Below the pieces are notes generated by a model. It did not search any database, was not told the origin of the DNA, and saw only the letters and a list, made by a program, of their open reading frames with translations. Shown here in pieces: positions 8,525 through 16,936 of a DNA stretch of 64,000 nucleotides (the stretch's first letter is position 1; each line of letters opens with the position of its first letter). The translations under genes were made by a program, and so were the position numbers. Origin of the DNA: Burkholderiaceae bacterium (GTDB lineage Bacteria > Pseudomonadota > Gammaproteobacteria > Burkholderiales > Burkholderiaceae_E); contig JAHDXY010000001.1 in assembly GCA_023384005.1 (NCBI GenBank), forward strand, positions 20,042-84,041, in the 5' to 3' direction.

Positions 8525-9154
8525 CGAACTGTTTTTGCCGCCCCAAGGCAGGCCGTAGCGATGGGCACAGACCTTGCCGTAGCCGACCGCCGTGCTCTTG
8601 GGATCGGTGAGCGGCAGGCTGCAGAAGCAGCACCGGCCGGTCAGTTTGCCGTACTCCGCAGCAGTCTCAGCGGGGTGGCGGGACATCTTCTTGAGCAGTG
8701 TTGCGAGCTCGGTCTTGAGCGGCTCCTTGACGTCCTTGGGGAAATACTGCCCGTCTGGGTCGACCTTGCCCGCATACCCGACCGAGGCCGGCACCTTGAC
8801 GTAGACGTAGCCTGAATTCTTGCTCTCCTTCCCTGCGCGAGACAAGCGGACCTCGTTGCCGTCAGGGAGCTGCAGGGCGATCGCCGGATACTTGAGCTTC
8901 TCGGCCGCCTTGTTGAACATGGCAATCAGGCCGGTGAGAGCGCCCACCGTGATCTTCTCGGGCTCGGGCTGCGTGAAGTCGGGGATGCCCTGGGCCATGT
9001 CGGCCAGCTTGTCGACCCAGAACCACTGCTTCTCGGAGAGCTGGCCCTTGCGCTCGAGCTGCTTGATGAGCGAGCTGGCGAAGTCGATCTTCGAATGGGG
9101 GAGCCCACTCAGGTGCTGCTTGAGGATTTGCGCTCTCTGGTGAAGTTCCGTCAT
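8516..9154 (-). CDS. hypothetical protein with C-terminal Cys-rich motif
   Basis: 212-aa ORF; GGAGGGAAGAG upstream. C-terminus GRCCFCSLPLTDPKSTAVGYGKVCAHRYGLPW. Confidence 0.6.
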   Translation of the reverse strand: MTELHQRAQILKQHLSGLPHSKIDFASSLIKQLERKGQLSEKQWFWVDKLADMAQGIPDFTQPEPEKITVGALTGLIAMFNKAAEKLKYPAIALQLPDGNEVRLSRAGKESKNSGYVYVKVPASVGYAGKVDPDGQYFPKDVKEPLKTELATLLKKMSRHPAETAAEYGKLTGRCCFCSLPLTDPKSTAVGYGKVCAHRYGLPWGGKNSSCN

Positions 9155-9184
9155 CTCTTCCCTCCTGGACTGGATAAACAGTTG

Positions 9185-9388
9185 TCAGACGCCGGCCAGG
9201 CGCTCGATCTGGCTGCGAACCGGCTTGACGATCTCTTGTGCCTCCTCCTGCAGCTCCGGGGGCAGCTTGGCGATCTCCCGTTCAGCAGCCTGTACCATTC
9301 CAGGGAGCCAGTCGTGCGGGGCAAACGCCCATCCCTTGACCGCCAATCGGACCTGAGTCAGGGCCTTCATCTTCTGGATTTTCCTCAT
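9185..9388 (-). CDS. hypothetical protein
   Basis: 67-aa ORF with TCCAGGAGGGAAGAG upstream of the ATG. Confidence 0.5.
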   Translation of the reverse strand: MRKIQKMKALTQVRLAVKGWAFAPHDWLPGMVQAAEREIAKLPPELQEEAQEIVKPVRSQIERLAGV

Positions 9389-9424
9389 CTCTTCCCTCCT
9401 GGACCGGATGAAATCTGTACTTTC

Positions 9425-9453
9425 TTTCTAACTTAAACCGCTTGCCCGCACAA
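9425..9453 (-). promoter_or_regulatory. sigma70-like promoter candidate
   Basis: Minus strand: motif, 7 nt, TTGTGC, 17 nt, TAGAAA. An SD-bearing leader runs to the ATG at 9388. Confidence 0.4.
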
Positions 9454-9460
9454 TAATATT

Positions 9461-9474
9461 TGCAATTGATTGCA
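9461..9474. repeat. palindrome-family copy
   Basis: TGCAATTGATTGCA (1 mismatch). Between hairpin 9476-9509 and the promoter candidate. Confidence 0.85.
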
Positions 9475-9475
9475 C

Positions 9476-9509
9476 GAAAAAGGCCCCCGGCAGAGCTGCC
9501 AAGGGCCTT
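9476..9509 (-). terminator. candidate intrinsic terminator after 9539-10729
   Basis: Minus strand: AAGGCCC-(16-nt structured loop)-GGGCCTT followed by TTTCG. Lies just upstream of motif copy 9461. Confidence 0.4.
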
Positions 9510-9538
9510 CACGACAACTGCCCAAACGGACAGCCGGT

Positions 9539-10729
9539 CTACTCGTCCGACTCTTCGATCTCGACGGAGATGTTGGTCGTCGGAAACGCCTTCTCCAGCG
9601 CCTCCAGGGCGGCTTCCAGGCCCATCTTCTGCAACCGCTGGGTCATCGTCTGGCCGCCGAGGAAGTCGAGGCAGACGAACTCCAGAGCCGCCGTGTCGAC
9701 CGACGTGCCGCTCTGCTCCTTGGCCTTGGCGATGGCGGCCTCGATCGTCGCCTTCTGGTCCTCGTGCACCTTGAAGGTCTTGGTCGTGACCGTCTTCGCA
9801 CTCTGATCCTCGAGGGCCTTCGGGGCGTCCTTGGCCTTATGCCCCTTGACGGTCTCGATCAACTGCAGGGTCGTCTGCGAGTTCGCAAGCGAGACCCACT
9901 CGTCGACGTTCTCGATCGTCAGGACCTCGGCGATCTCCTTGAGCTTGGTCCAGCCAAGGTCCTTGACCTTCTCCCAGGGCACCTTGCTTTCGGCGAGGTG
10001 ATTGTAGATCGACACCCAATAGGCCGCCCGGCGGTAGTGCATGCCGAGCTCCTTCTCGACATACTCGCGGAACGACGCATAGGGCTCGTACCAGCCGTTG
10101 GCCTGGATCACGGAGAGCACGCCGCCGAGCTTGAACAACGTCATCTCGGTTTCGTTGTTCAGGGCCGTGACGACCGCGCGGGCCTCGTTCTCCTTCATGT
10201 TCTCGATCTCATGCACGAGATCGGAGAGCACGTCATCGCCTGGCGTCTCGATCGTACCCGTCTTGGCAGTCTTGCCAGTCTTGGCCACCGCCTTGCCGGG
10301 TTTCTTGGACTTGGCCGGCTTCTCAGCCTTCGACACCAGTGCCTTCCCTGCTTGCTCTGGAGCCTTCATCTCCGGGGCAGGCTCCGGCTCCGCCGCCGTC
10401 GTGTCAGACGCGGCTTCCTCGGCTTGTTCAGGGGCCTGTTCAGTCTCGCCGTCGTCGGCCTCAGCGAACTGCTCATTGAGCCACGCCCGCTTTTCGTCGA
10501 CCTTCATCTTCGCCCAGCCTTCGGGCACCTCGATCTCGTGCTCCGCGACGAGAGCATCGAGCTCCTTGCTGGACATCTTGTCGACGTCGACCACGACGGC
10601 CTCACCGTCATCCTTCTCCGCGGCCGGCTGCTCAGCCACTTCCGCGGCATCGGGCTTCTTCTCCAATTCCTCTTCGAGAGCGGCTGTCTTGCCACCTTTG
10701 AGAAGAGAAAGACTTGCTGCGCTTGACAT
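9539..10729 (-). CDS. acidic protein with C-terminal DNA-binding-like domain (paralog of 5797-6324)
   Basis: 396-aa ORF with GGAGGG upstream. The N-terminal half is Glu/Asp/Ala/Lys-rich. The C-terminal block contains RRAAYWVSIY and DLGWTKLKEI. Confidence 0.65.
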   Translation of the reverse strand: MSSAASLSLLKGGKTAALEEELEKKPDAAEVAEQPAAEKDDGEAVVVDVDKMSSKELDALVAEHEIEVPEGWAKMKVDEKRAWLNEQFAEADDGETEQAPEQAEEAASDTTAAEPEPAPEMKAPEQAGKALVSKAEKPAKSKKPGKAVAKTGKTAKTGTIETPGDDVLSDLVHEIENMKENEARAVVTALNNETEMTLFKLGGVLSVIQANGWYEPYASFREYVEKELGMHYRRAAYWVSIYNHLAESKVPWEKVKDLGWTKLKEIAEVLTIENVDEWVSLANSQTTLQLIETVKGHKAKDAPKALEDQSAKTVTTKTFKVHEDQKATIEAAIAKAKEQSGTSVDTAALEFVCLDFLGGQTMTQRLQKMGLEAALEALEKAFPTTNISVEIEESDE

Positions 10730-10817
10730 TCGTTGACACCCTCCTGGTCTTGTGGGTCGGGATTTCCCGGCGAGACATGCCGGGCGGGCTTATGCTGAAA
10801 TACCAGTCTACCTTCTG

Positions 10818-10831
10818 TGCACTTAATTGCA
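10818..10831. repeat. palindrome-family copy
   Basis: TGCACTTAATTGCA (1 mismatch). Between stop 10844 and start 10729. Confidence 0.85.
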
Positions 10832-10843
10832 AATCTCTTTTCG

Positions 10844-11383
10844 TCAGTTTTTCCGCAAAGGCAACGAGCCTGCGATCTTCCGCATCTCCATCGTGATTCC
10901 AGGCAACCTGTTCGCCTGAGCCAACCCGAGAGCGGCCAGAGCGAAGGCATCGGCCGTGTTGTCCGACTTGCTCTCATGGCCCCAGCGCTTCAGCACGTGC
11001 ATCATCATCTGGGCCTTGGTTGTATTGCCCTTGCCGGTGGCGAACTTCTTCACCTCGGCTGCGCGAGGGTCGTACCAGGCAAACCCGTCGAGGTGCAGCA
11101 TGAAGCGCAGGAGACCGCCGACCTCGACAAGCGGGATGACGCTCGAAGCCTTCTTCATGTTGAGCGAGTAGCCCTCGATCATGATCTTGTCGGGCTTCCT
11201 GCCGTGGATCAGCTCCATGACGTGAGCGACGATGAATCTCGAACGCTCGACACCGGTCACCTTGTCGGGCTTGATCTCCTCTTCGTGCAGGAGATCGGGG
11301 CGCGGGGCACCATTCTCGCGCAGCAGCACCAGACCCGTGGCTGACGTCGACAGGTCGATACCCAGCGAGCTGATCGGGGTCAT
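10844..11383 (-). CDS. RuvC-like Holliday junction resolvase
   Basis: 179 aa. GIDLSTSATG, IEGYS and NTADAFALAALG match the RuvC-fold acidic motifs. Confidence 0.75.
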   Translation of the reverse strand: MTPISSLGIDLSTSATGLVLLRENGAPRPDLLHEEEIKPDKVTGVERSRFIVAHVMELIHGRKPDKIMIEGYSLNMKKASSVIPLVEVGGLLRFMLHLDGFAWYDPRAAEVKKFATGKGNTTKAQMMMHVLKRWGHESKSDNTADAFALAALGLAQANRLPGITMEMRKIAGSLPLRKN

Positions 11384-11601
11384 CCTTTGATACTCCCAAA
11401 CGTGATCTTGAACATCTCGTCCATCGTGTCGAGGTTGACGTCGATGTACGTGTGCAGCTCGTCGCGGAGCCTCGCTTTCTCAGCTTCGTCTCCAATGAAG
11501 CAGGCGGCGAGGTAACCGTTCGTGGCGGCCGTCACCTTGAACTCGAGGGATTTCATGCGGAGGGTCAGCTTCTTCACCCGATCGTCCTGGTCAGTCGCCA
11601 T
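11380..11601 (-). CDS. hypothetical protein
   Basis: 73-aa ORF with start/stop overlaps to both neighbours. Confidence 0.5.
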   Translation of the reverse strand: MATDQDDRVKKLTLRMKSLEFKVTAATNGYLAACFIGDEAEKARLRDELHTYIDVNLDTMDEMFKITFGSIKG

Positions 11602-12508
11602 CTTTCATCCAATCGTAGTTGGGAGGGTGGTCACCGGAAAAGCAGGCTGATTTCAGGGCGCACATCGAAGCGCGCTTTACCATGGCGGTGGGACAGATCC
11701 CGCAAGGCATGCCGACCTTGCCCTCCCTGAAGTCCTTGATCGCCTTCGCCCGCCTCGTGATGTCGTCGGTCTGGCTATCGTCCCGCTTGATCTCGAATTC
11801 CTTGAAGGGGCTGAATTGCTCGGTCAGGCCCCACTTCTTCAACTCGAGATCCTGGCAGCCGAAGCCGCCTTTGCTGACGTAGAGGACCGTCGCGACCTCT
11901 GTAGAGACCATGTTGGACCAGCTGTGATCGCTCTCTGCGATAAGGCGGAGGTAGAGGTTGGTCCGCCACCGATGCTCCGCAAGGGGGGCTTTGAGGGCTT
12001 TGAACTCGTCCTTGTCGATGGTTTTGAGCTCGATCGGACGCAGCTTCGTCTCGCCCACGGCCACCAGCATGTCGACGCCGCAGCTTGCGCCATTAACTGC
12101 ACTGACGAACCTGACTTCCTTCGGGTCGAACCGGCTGACACCGCATTGCTGGCATTTCAGCGGGCGGGTCTGAAACTCGTGCAGGGTGCCACAGGCAATG
12201 CACTTCCAGTGGCACACCGCCTTGCCCATGTCCGCAAACCAATTGACGACGTTCCACTCCAGATCGCGCCCCATCTGAAAGGTGACTGCGCTCGAGGTCG
12301 TCAGCCATTCGTCCTTCGACTTGATACCGGTGACGTCGTGCAGGGCATACATACGCGGGCACAGTCCCTCGGGCTTGGTCAGACTGGACGCATGGATCGT
12401 CTTCAGGGAGCGAGCCTTGTCATAACCGGACAAATGCCGGTGCAGCAGATACTTCACGCTCCGCTGCGGCATGTACTCCTTTGCTTTCTTGAGGAAGCTG
12501 ATTGCCAT
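11591..12508 (-). CDS. Cas4/RecB-like PD-(D/E)XK exonuclease
   Basis: 305 aa. N-terminal Cys (GLCPRMYAL), DMLVAVGE...IELKT (D..ExK) and a C-terminal Cys cluster CGICPTAMVKRASMCALKSAC. Confidence 0.7.
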   Translation of the reverse strand: MAISFLKKAKEYMPQRSVKYLLHRHLSGYDKARSLKTIHASSLTKPEGLCPRMYALHDVTGIKSKDEWLTTSSAVTFQMGRDLEWNVVNWFADMGKAVCHWKCIACGTLHEFQTRPLKCQQCGVSRFDPKEVRFVSAVNGASCGVDMLVAVGETKLRPIELKTIDKDEFKALKAPLAEHRWRTNLYLRLIAESDHSWSNMVSTEVATVLYVSKGGFGCQDLELKKWGLTEQFSPFKEFEIKRDDSQTDDITRRAKAIKDFREGKVGMPCGICPTAMVKRASMCALKSACFSGDHPPNYDWMKDGD

Positions 12509-12883
12509 CTACCAACCCTTGACTTTCGAGAAAAACCAATCGTTCAGGCTGGAGAGGACCTCCTTGCCAGTTTTCGACTCGATCAGGATCGTCATCGAAA
12601 GGTCGAACTCAATTGCCTCGTAACTGTAGCTTGTATTCTGGGTCAAGTTCTTGATCATGATGCCTTGGGCTGTCAGCGCCTCAAGTGCGAGCTTGACCGG
12701 AATATCCTTCGGCTCGGGAAGTGGTGGCGGTCCAGAATCTATGACGTCAATACAGGCTGTATCGGATATCAGCCCCAGCAATGCATTCTTATCGAGCGGG
12801 ATATCGCTAATCGCAAATTGACCTGGGGGATGGTGGCCTTCGATTTTTACGGGTGGATTCTTGACGAGCTTGAGCCATTTCAT
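12509..12883 (-). CDS. hypothetical protein (lower-GC gene)
   Basis: ORF track 12509..12916. The ATG at 12883 overlaps the methyltransferase stop (ATGA). Noticeably AT-richer than its neighbours. Confidence 0.5.
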   Translation of the reverse strand: MKWLKLVKNPPVKIEGHHPPGQFAISDIPLDKNALLGLISDTACIDVIDSGPPPLPEPKDIPVKLALEALTAQGIMIKNLTQNTSYSYEAIEFDLSMTILIESKTGKEVLSSLNDWFFSKVKGW

Positions 12884-13602
12884 GTCTGCACCGCCACATA
12901 CTTGCTGCCGTCCCACACCTTCTCGAATTTCACCGCTTCCGCGGGAGTTGGTTGGTCACCCGGAGAACCATCCGGCTTGGTGGATCCGTACAAGTACGTG
13001 ACGAAGGCGCTCTCGTTCTGAGGGTCTGATGCCCAATCCCAGACGAACCAGCTGTAGTTATGCCGGGGACCGCTATCGCCCTTCGATTTCTCGATCCACC
13101 GGGGGCGCTTGGTCAGCACATACTTGTCGGAGAACGGGTAGCCACCGAACAGATCGCGGCGGCCATTAGCGCAGTCGAATTCATTGCGCAGGAGCATGAT
13201 GACCTGGCCGTTGACAGGCTTCATGATCTCCAGAGCGCGGCGGACGAACTTCTCGGCCGTGATGGCGGGCACGCCCTCGACGCCTTCGATGTCGTATGGC
13301 GGGTTCGTCATGATCACGCGGACGCGGGGGTCGACCTCCTCGATCGAGAGGAAGTCCACCACACCTTGCATCTTCTCGTAGCCGTAATCCTTGATGTCGG
13401 TGGATAGAACGTTGAAGCCATGCTCCAGCAGCACGTCGCTGATCCATCCCGCACCACAAGCTGACTCCCAGATCACGTCGTCGTACCCGAGACCAGAAAG
13501 TGGCGTCGGCACGGCCAACAGCCACTCCGTCACCCACTTCTCGGTCCAGTACGCGTCGAGCTCCTTGCGCGCGTAGCCGCTCTCTCCGACGATCGTGTTC
13601 AA
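12880..13602 (-). CDS. N6-adenine DNA methyltransferase
   Basis: ORF track 12880..13644. SAM motif WESACGAGW and catalytic TNPPY. The TTG at 13602 overlaps the TGA of the upstream nuclease and follows AAGGAG. Confidence 0.8.
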   Translation of the reverse strand: MNTIVGESGYARKELDAYWTEKWVTEWLLAVPTPLSGLGYDDVIWESACGAGWISDVLLEHGFNVLSTDIKDYGYEKMQGVVDFLSIEEVDPRVRVIMTNPPYDIEGVEGVPAITAEKFVRRALEIMKPVNGQVIMLLRNEFDCANGRRDLFGGYPFSDKYVLTKRPRWIEKSKGDSGPRHNYSWFVWDWASDPQNESAFVTYLYGSTKPDGSPGDQPTPAEAVKFEKVWDGSKYVAVQT

Positions 13603-13955
13603 GGGAGCATCTCCTTGAACTTGTGGAGAGGCACCATCACCCATTCACCATCGAGGAGCGGGGTGCCGTCCGGCTTGACGAACGACACGGACAGAGCAGG
13701 CATCTTGCCTTCGGAGCGGGCCTCCTTGCTGATCTTGGCAAGCCAGTCGAGCTTCACCGCCATGCTGACCTGGGTCGTACTCTTGGCCTCGAGCAGGACA
13801 GTGCCGAGGTCCATATCGCCTTTCGCGCCCTCCATGGCACCCGATGCCGGCCGGGGCCTGGTGGCGAGCTGATGGGCGAGACGCCTCTCCGACTTTCTGC
13901 CGGACTTGCCGATGCGGTGCTGCGTGCGGCGCTTGACCCACGGGTTCTCAATCAT
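13599..13955 (-). CDS. small PD-(D/E)XK-type nuclease (possible junction resolvase)
   Basis: 118 aa. GDMDLGTVLLEAKST gives a D..ExK arrangement; basic N-terminus. Confidence 0.5.
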   Translation of the reverse strand: MIENPWVKRRTQHRIGKSGRKSERRLAHQLATRPRPASGAMEGAKGDMDLGTVLLEAKSTTQVSMAVKLDWLAKISKEARSEGKMPALSVSFVKPDGTPLLDGEWVMVPLHKFKEMLP

Positions 13956-15072
13956 GTGGCGACCCGCCTTCCTCGATCAGCTCTCCCTCCTTCATCAGGC
14001 GCTCGATGATGGCCTGCCGGATTTCGTTGCCGAACTTCTCGTCGGCGTAGAACTTGTCCTTGAACTCCTGCTGCGTGTCGTAGTGGTCACCGACGACGGT
14101 CCAGCCCTTGCCCTTCTCAGCCTTTTCGAACATGCCAAAGGTCTTGAGGTATTCCGCCACCGTGCCGACGTCATCGGACTGGCCGACCGTGAAGCCATCG
14201 TGCGGGTGCGTGACCATCGTGAACTTGCCGGAAGCAGAGAGGATCGGCACCTTCCACTTGTTCACGACGAAGGCCGTCTCCTTCCGCACCGGCATGACCG
14301 ACGACACCTTGTTGTCGATGATGTTCTTGCCGTAGACGCGGAGGCGGATGGCAGCCTGATAGTTCGGAGCATTGCCGCCCGGAGTCGTCTCCGGGTTGCC
14401 GAACATGACGCCGATCTTGTGCCTGATCTGGTTGACGTAGAACAGCGTCGGGAAGCGGCCCGCCTTTTCGGCCGCGCCCAGCGCCCTGGTGGTCTTGCGC
14501 ACGAGCTTCCCGGTGACGAGACCTGTGCCGCCCACATTCGCCTTCTCTGCGCTGCTATCGCTCTCCTGCGTGGTAACGAGCGCAGCGAGGCTGTCGATCA
14601 CAACGATTCCGCAGTCGTCAGTGTAAATCAGGCTCTCGGCCATATCGACGAGCTGCTCGGCATAGTCCGGGCGAATGACGATCAGCTTGGCAGTATCGAC
14701 GCCCATCTTCTCGGCCCAGCCAGGGTCGAAGCTGTTCTCCACGTCGAAGAACACATTCGTCTTGTCGGGCCAGAGCATCTGATGCTTGGCGATGGCGAGC
14801 AGGACGATGTTCGTCTTGCCCGAACTCTCAGGCCCGTAAATGATCGAACACTTCCCTCGCGGGAAGCCGCCGGCAAGAGCCAGGTCGAGCTCGAACATTC
14901 CGGTCGGGATACGGTCGGCATTGGCCAGTTGCCCACCGAATGAGCCGATGCTCTCCCCATACTCCTTCTGGAATCCAGCCAGGAGGTCCGCGGCGGACGT
15001 TGAAGCCGTCTTTGCTTTCTTAAGGCTGACTACCACATAACCCCCGTTGCCTACGCGGCGATCGTTGAACAC
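13948..15072 (-). CDS. RecA-family recombinase
   Basis: 374 aa. Walker A IIYGPESSGKTN and Walker B VVIDSLAALV. An in-frame GTG near 15036 with GGGGG upstream may be the true start. Confidence 0.8.
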   Translation of the reverse strand: MFNDRRVGNGGYVVVSLKKAKTASTSAADLLAGFQKEYGESIGSFGGQLANADRIPTGMFELDLALAGGFPRGKCSIIYGPESSGKTNIVLLAIAKHQMLWPDKTNVFFDVENSFDPGWAEKMGVDTAKLIVIRPDYAEQLVDMAESLIYTDDCGIVVIDSLAALVTTQESDSSAEKANVGGTGLVTGKLVRKTTRALGAAEKAGRFPTLFYVNQIRHKIGVMFGNPETTPGGNAPNYQAAIRLRVYGKNIIDNKVSSVMPVRKETAFVVNKWKVPILSASGKFTMVTHPHDGFTVGQSDDVGTVAEYLKTFGMFEKAEKGKGWTVVGDHYDTQQEFKDKFYADEKFGNEIRQAIIERLMKEGELIEEGGSPHD

Positions 15073-15083
15073 AGCACCACTTG

Positions 15084-15097
15084 TGCAGTTAATTTCA
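15084..15097. repeat. palindrome-family copy
   Basis: TGCAGTTAATTTCA (2 mismatches). Overlaps the stop of 15095-15412. Confidence 0.7.
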
Positions 15098-15412
15098 CTC
15101 CGACTGCAGCTCTTCGATCATGCTCTGCAGCTTCGTGTCGACCCATTCCTTCGAGTAGTCGAACACACTATCGATCTCGGAGTGCTGGCATGGCACCTTC
15201 AGGGAGATGCCGATCTTCGCGGACTGGTAGTTGCCGAGGTTGTGCGTGTAGCTCATGTCCACGCCGACTTCGCACCAGGGTCCGGAATGAGCCTTGGCGG
15301 CAGGTATATCGACCTTATCCTCGGTGGTCTCCTCGGCCACCACGGTGCCCTTGTCCTTGACCTGCATCATGGTCGATGCGGTGCCTGTCTTCTTCGCGAT
15401 CTTGAGAGCCAT
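15095..15412 (-). CDS. hypothetical acidic protein
   Basis: 105-aa ORF in an operon context. Confidence 0.55.
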   Translation of the reverse strand: MALKIAKKTGTASTMMQVKDKGTVVAEETTEDKVDIPAAKAHSGPWCEVGVDMSYTHNLGNYQSAKIGISLKVPCQHSEIDSVFDYSKEWVDTKLQSMIEELQSE

Positions 15413-15425
15413 TGATTTCTCCTAG

Positions 15426-16796
15426 CTAGTTCATCTCTTTGAGTTCACATCCGATTGACTTGTACCATTTTAGCCGAGAACCGGCGTAACCGGAAAAGAC
15501 CGGGCTGTCGTGGTCCTGCACGTCCATGACGACGGGCGTGCCTTTGTCAGGATACTCGCGCCGGATACGCCCTACGGGCTGCGTTACGTTCGCCCTCGGC
15601 ATTGCAAGAAGACAGGTGTCGATCCAGTCGATCGAGGTCCCTTCTCCCATCATCGTGTAAGTCGTAAACAGGATCGGCTTCACTTTCTCCCGCTCGCGCG
15701 CCTCTCTCTCGGCCTTCCCCTGAGCGCCGATGTAGAAGCCCATCTTGCGCCCTGAGATGCCGAACGTCTGATGGCAGGCCCGGTGCATCGCCCGCAGATG
15801 ATCATGGAGCGTCGAGAACACGACGAGCTGCCGGTTCTTCTCATAGGCGGCGTAGATCAGATCGGCGAGCAGATGGTTCCTGGCCGGATCGGCGGCGATG
15901 ATCTTCTCCAGGTGCGCCGTCTTACCGGGCTCGTGCGGCAGCCGTACCACACGGCGCTTTCCGCTCTCGGGATCAGAACGCAGCACGCGCGGGCATTCCC
16001 ATGCCGACCGAAAGAGCAGCACTTTCGGGACCATGAGCTGCGCTTCGGTCTTGGCGCGGATCGGGCCGATGTGCGCGAGCACCAGGAGCTCCTTGCCGTC
16101 AGAGCGCTCGGGCGTGGCGGACAGGCCAAGGCGCAGCTTCGCCGGAAACATGGTGACGACGTTGGAGAACTGGTCTGCCGGCACACGGTGGCACTCGTCG
16201 AAGATCACCAGGCCGAAGTCCTGGGCGATCCAGTCGGGATACTTGCCGTCCTTCGACAGCGAATGGATCATGGCAACGACGAACTTCGTCCCCACGACCT
16301 CGCACTTGTCGCCCCGGATCTCGCCGACCTCGTGCGGCTTGAGGCCGAGGAACTTGATGGCACCGTCGATCCACTGCTTGTAGATGTCATCCTTGGTCGT
16401 GATGACGATCGTCTTACGCCCCACTACGTAGGCGGCGTGATAGCCAAGGACCGTCTTCCCCCATCCGGTATAGGCACTGACGATGCCGGACAGCCCCTGC
16501 TTGAGAAACGAGACCGTCTCGTCGAACAGCTTGACCTGATGCGGGCGAGGCGTGGGATCATTCGGGTATTGTACGACCTCGCCATCCACCCGGTCATCGA
16601 CCGCGCCGACAGGGCACAAACCTCGAGGCAGGTGAATGAGACGCTTTTCATCGTCGACACTGTGCAGCAGCACTTCCTCACCGAAGCGCGACGTGAAGCG
16701 GTACTTGCTCTCCAAGCTCGGCTTGAACGCGTAAGTGGCCACCGCGTCAGTGCGGAGCGGTATGTCGTGCCTGATCAGCTCAGACAGAATGGCCAT
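15426..16796 (-). CDS. SF2 (DEAD/DEAH-like) helicase
   Basis: ORF track 15426..16925. Start taken at MAILSEL (16796). Motifs AYTGWGKT (motif I), IFDECH (motif II) and SATP. Confidence 0.8.
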   Translation of the reverse strand: MAILSELIRHDIPLRTDAVATYAFKPSLESKYRFTSRFGEEVLLHSVDDEKRLIHLPRGLCPVGAVDDRVDGEVVQYPNDPTPRPHQVKLFDETVSFLKQGLSGIVSAYTGWGKTVLGYHAAYVVGRKTIVITTKDDIYKQWIDGAIKFLGLKPHEVGEIRGDKCEVVGTKFVVAMIHSLSKDGKYPDWIAQDFGLVIFDECHRVPADQFSNVVTMFPAKLRLGLSATPERSDGKELLVLAHIGPIRAKTEAQLMVPKVLLFRSAWECPRVLRSDPESGKRRVVRLPHEPGKTAHLEKIIAADPARNHLLADLIYAAYEKNRQLVVFSTLHDHLRAMHRACHQTFGISGRKMGFYIGAQGKAEREAREREKVKPILFTTYTMMGEGTSIDWIDTCLLAMPRANVTQPVGRIRREYPDKGTPVVMDVQDHDSPVFSGYAGSRLKWYKSIGCELKEMN

Positions 16797-16920
16797 CGGT
16801 CCTCCATGACCAGGAAGTGTTGCGGGGGAAGGTCCATCGCTGAAGGGGGCCAGCGTAGGGGCATGGACCCTCCCCCGCATCCCGCCGCAAGATGCACTAC
16901 CGGACGTGCGGCGGAAGCCT

Positions 16921-16934
16921 TGCAATTAATTGCT
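16921..16934. repeat. palindrome-family copy
   Basis: TGCAATTAATTGCT (1 mismatch). 2 nt after stop 16937. Confidence 0.85.
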
Positions 16935-16936
16935 CG

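Noticed and set aside
9470-10726. Long plus-strand ORFs antisense to the minus-strand genes. Examples are 9470-10726, 11816-13021, 13906-14943, 15771-17054, 23917-24942, 42794-44644, 48302-49564 and 60846-62069, plus the 3279-3947 minus-strand shadow of the XRE gene.
   Set aside because: Their translations are Arg/Leu/Gly/His/Asp-rich with no motifs, as is typical of shadow frames in GC-rich DNA. In every case the opposite strand encodes a protein with clear family signatures.
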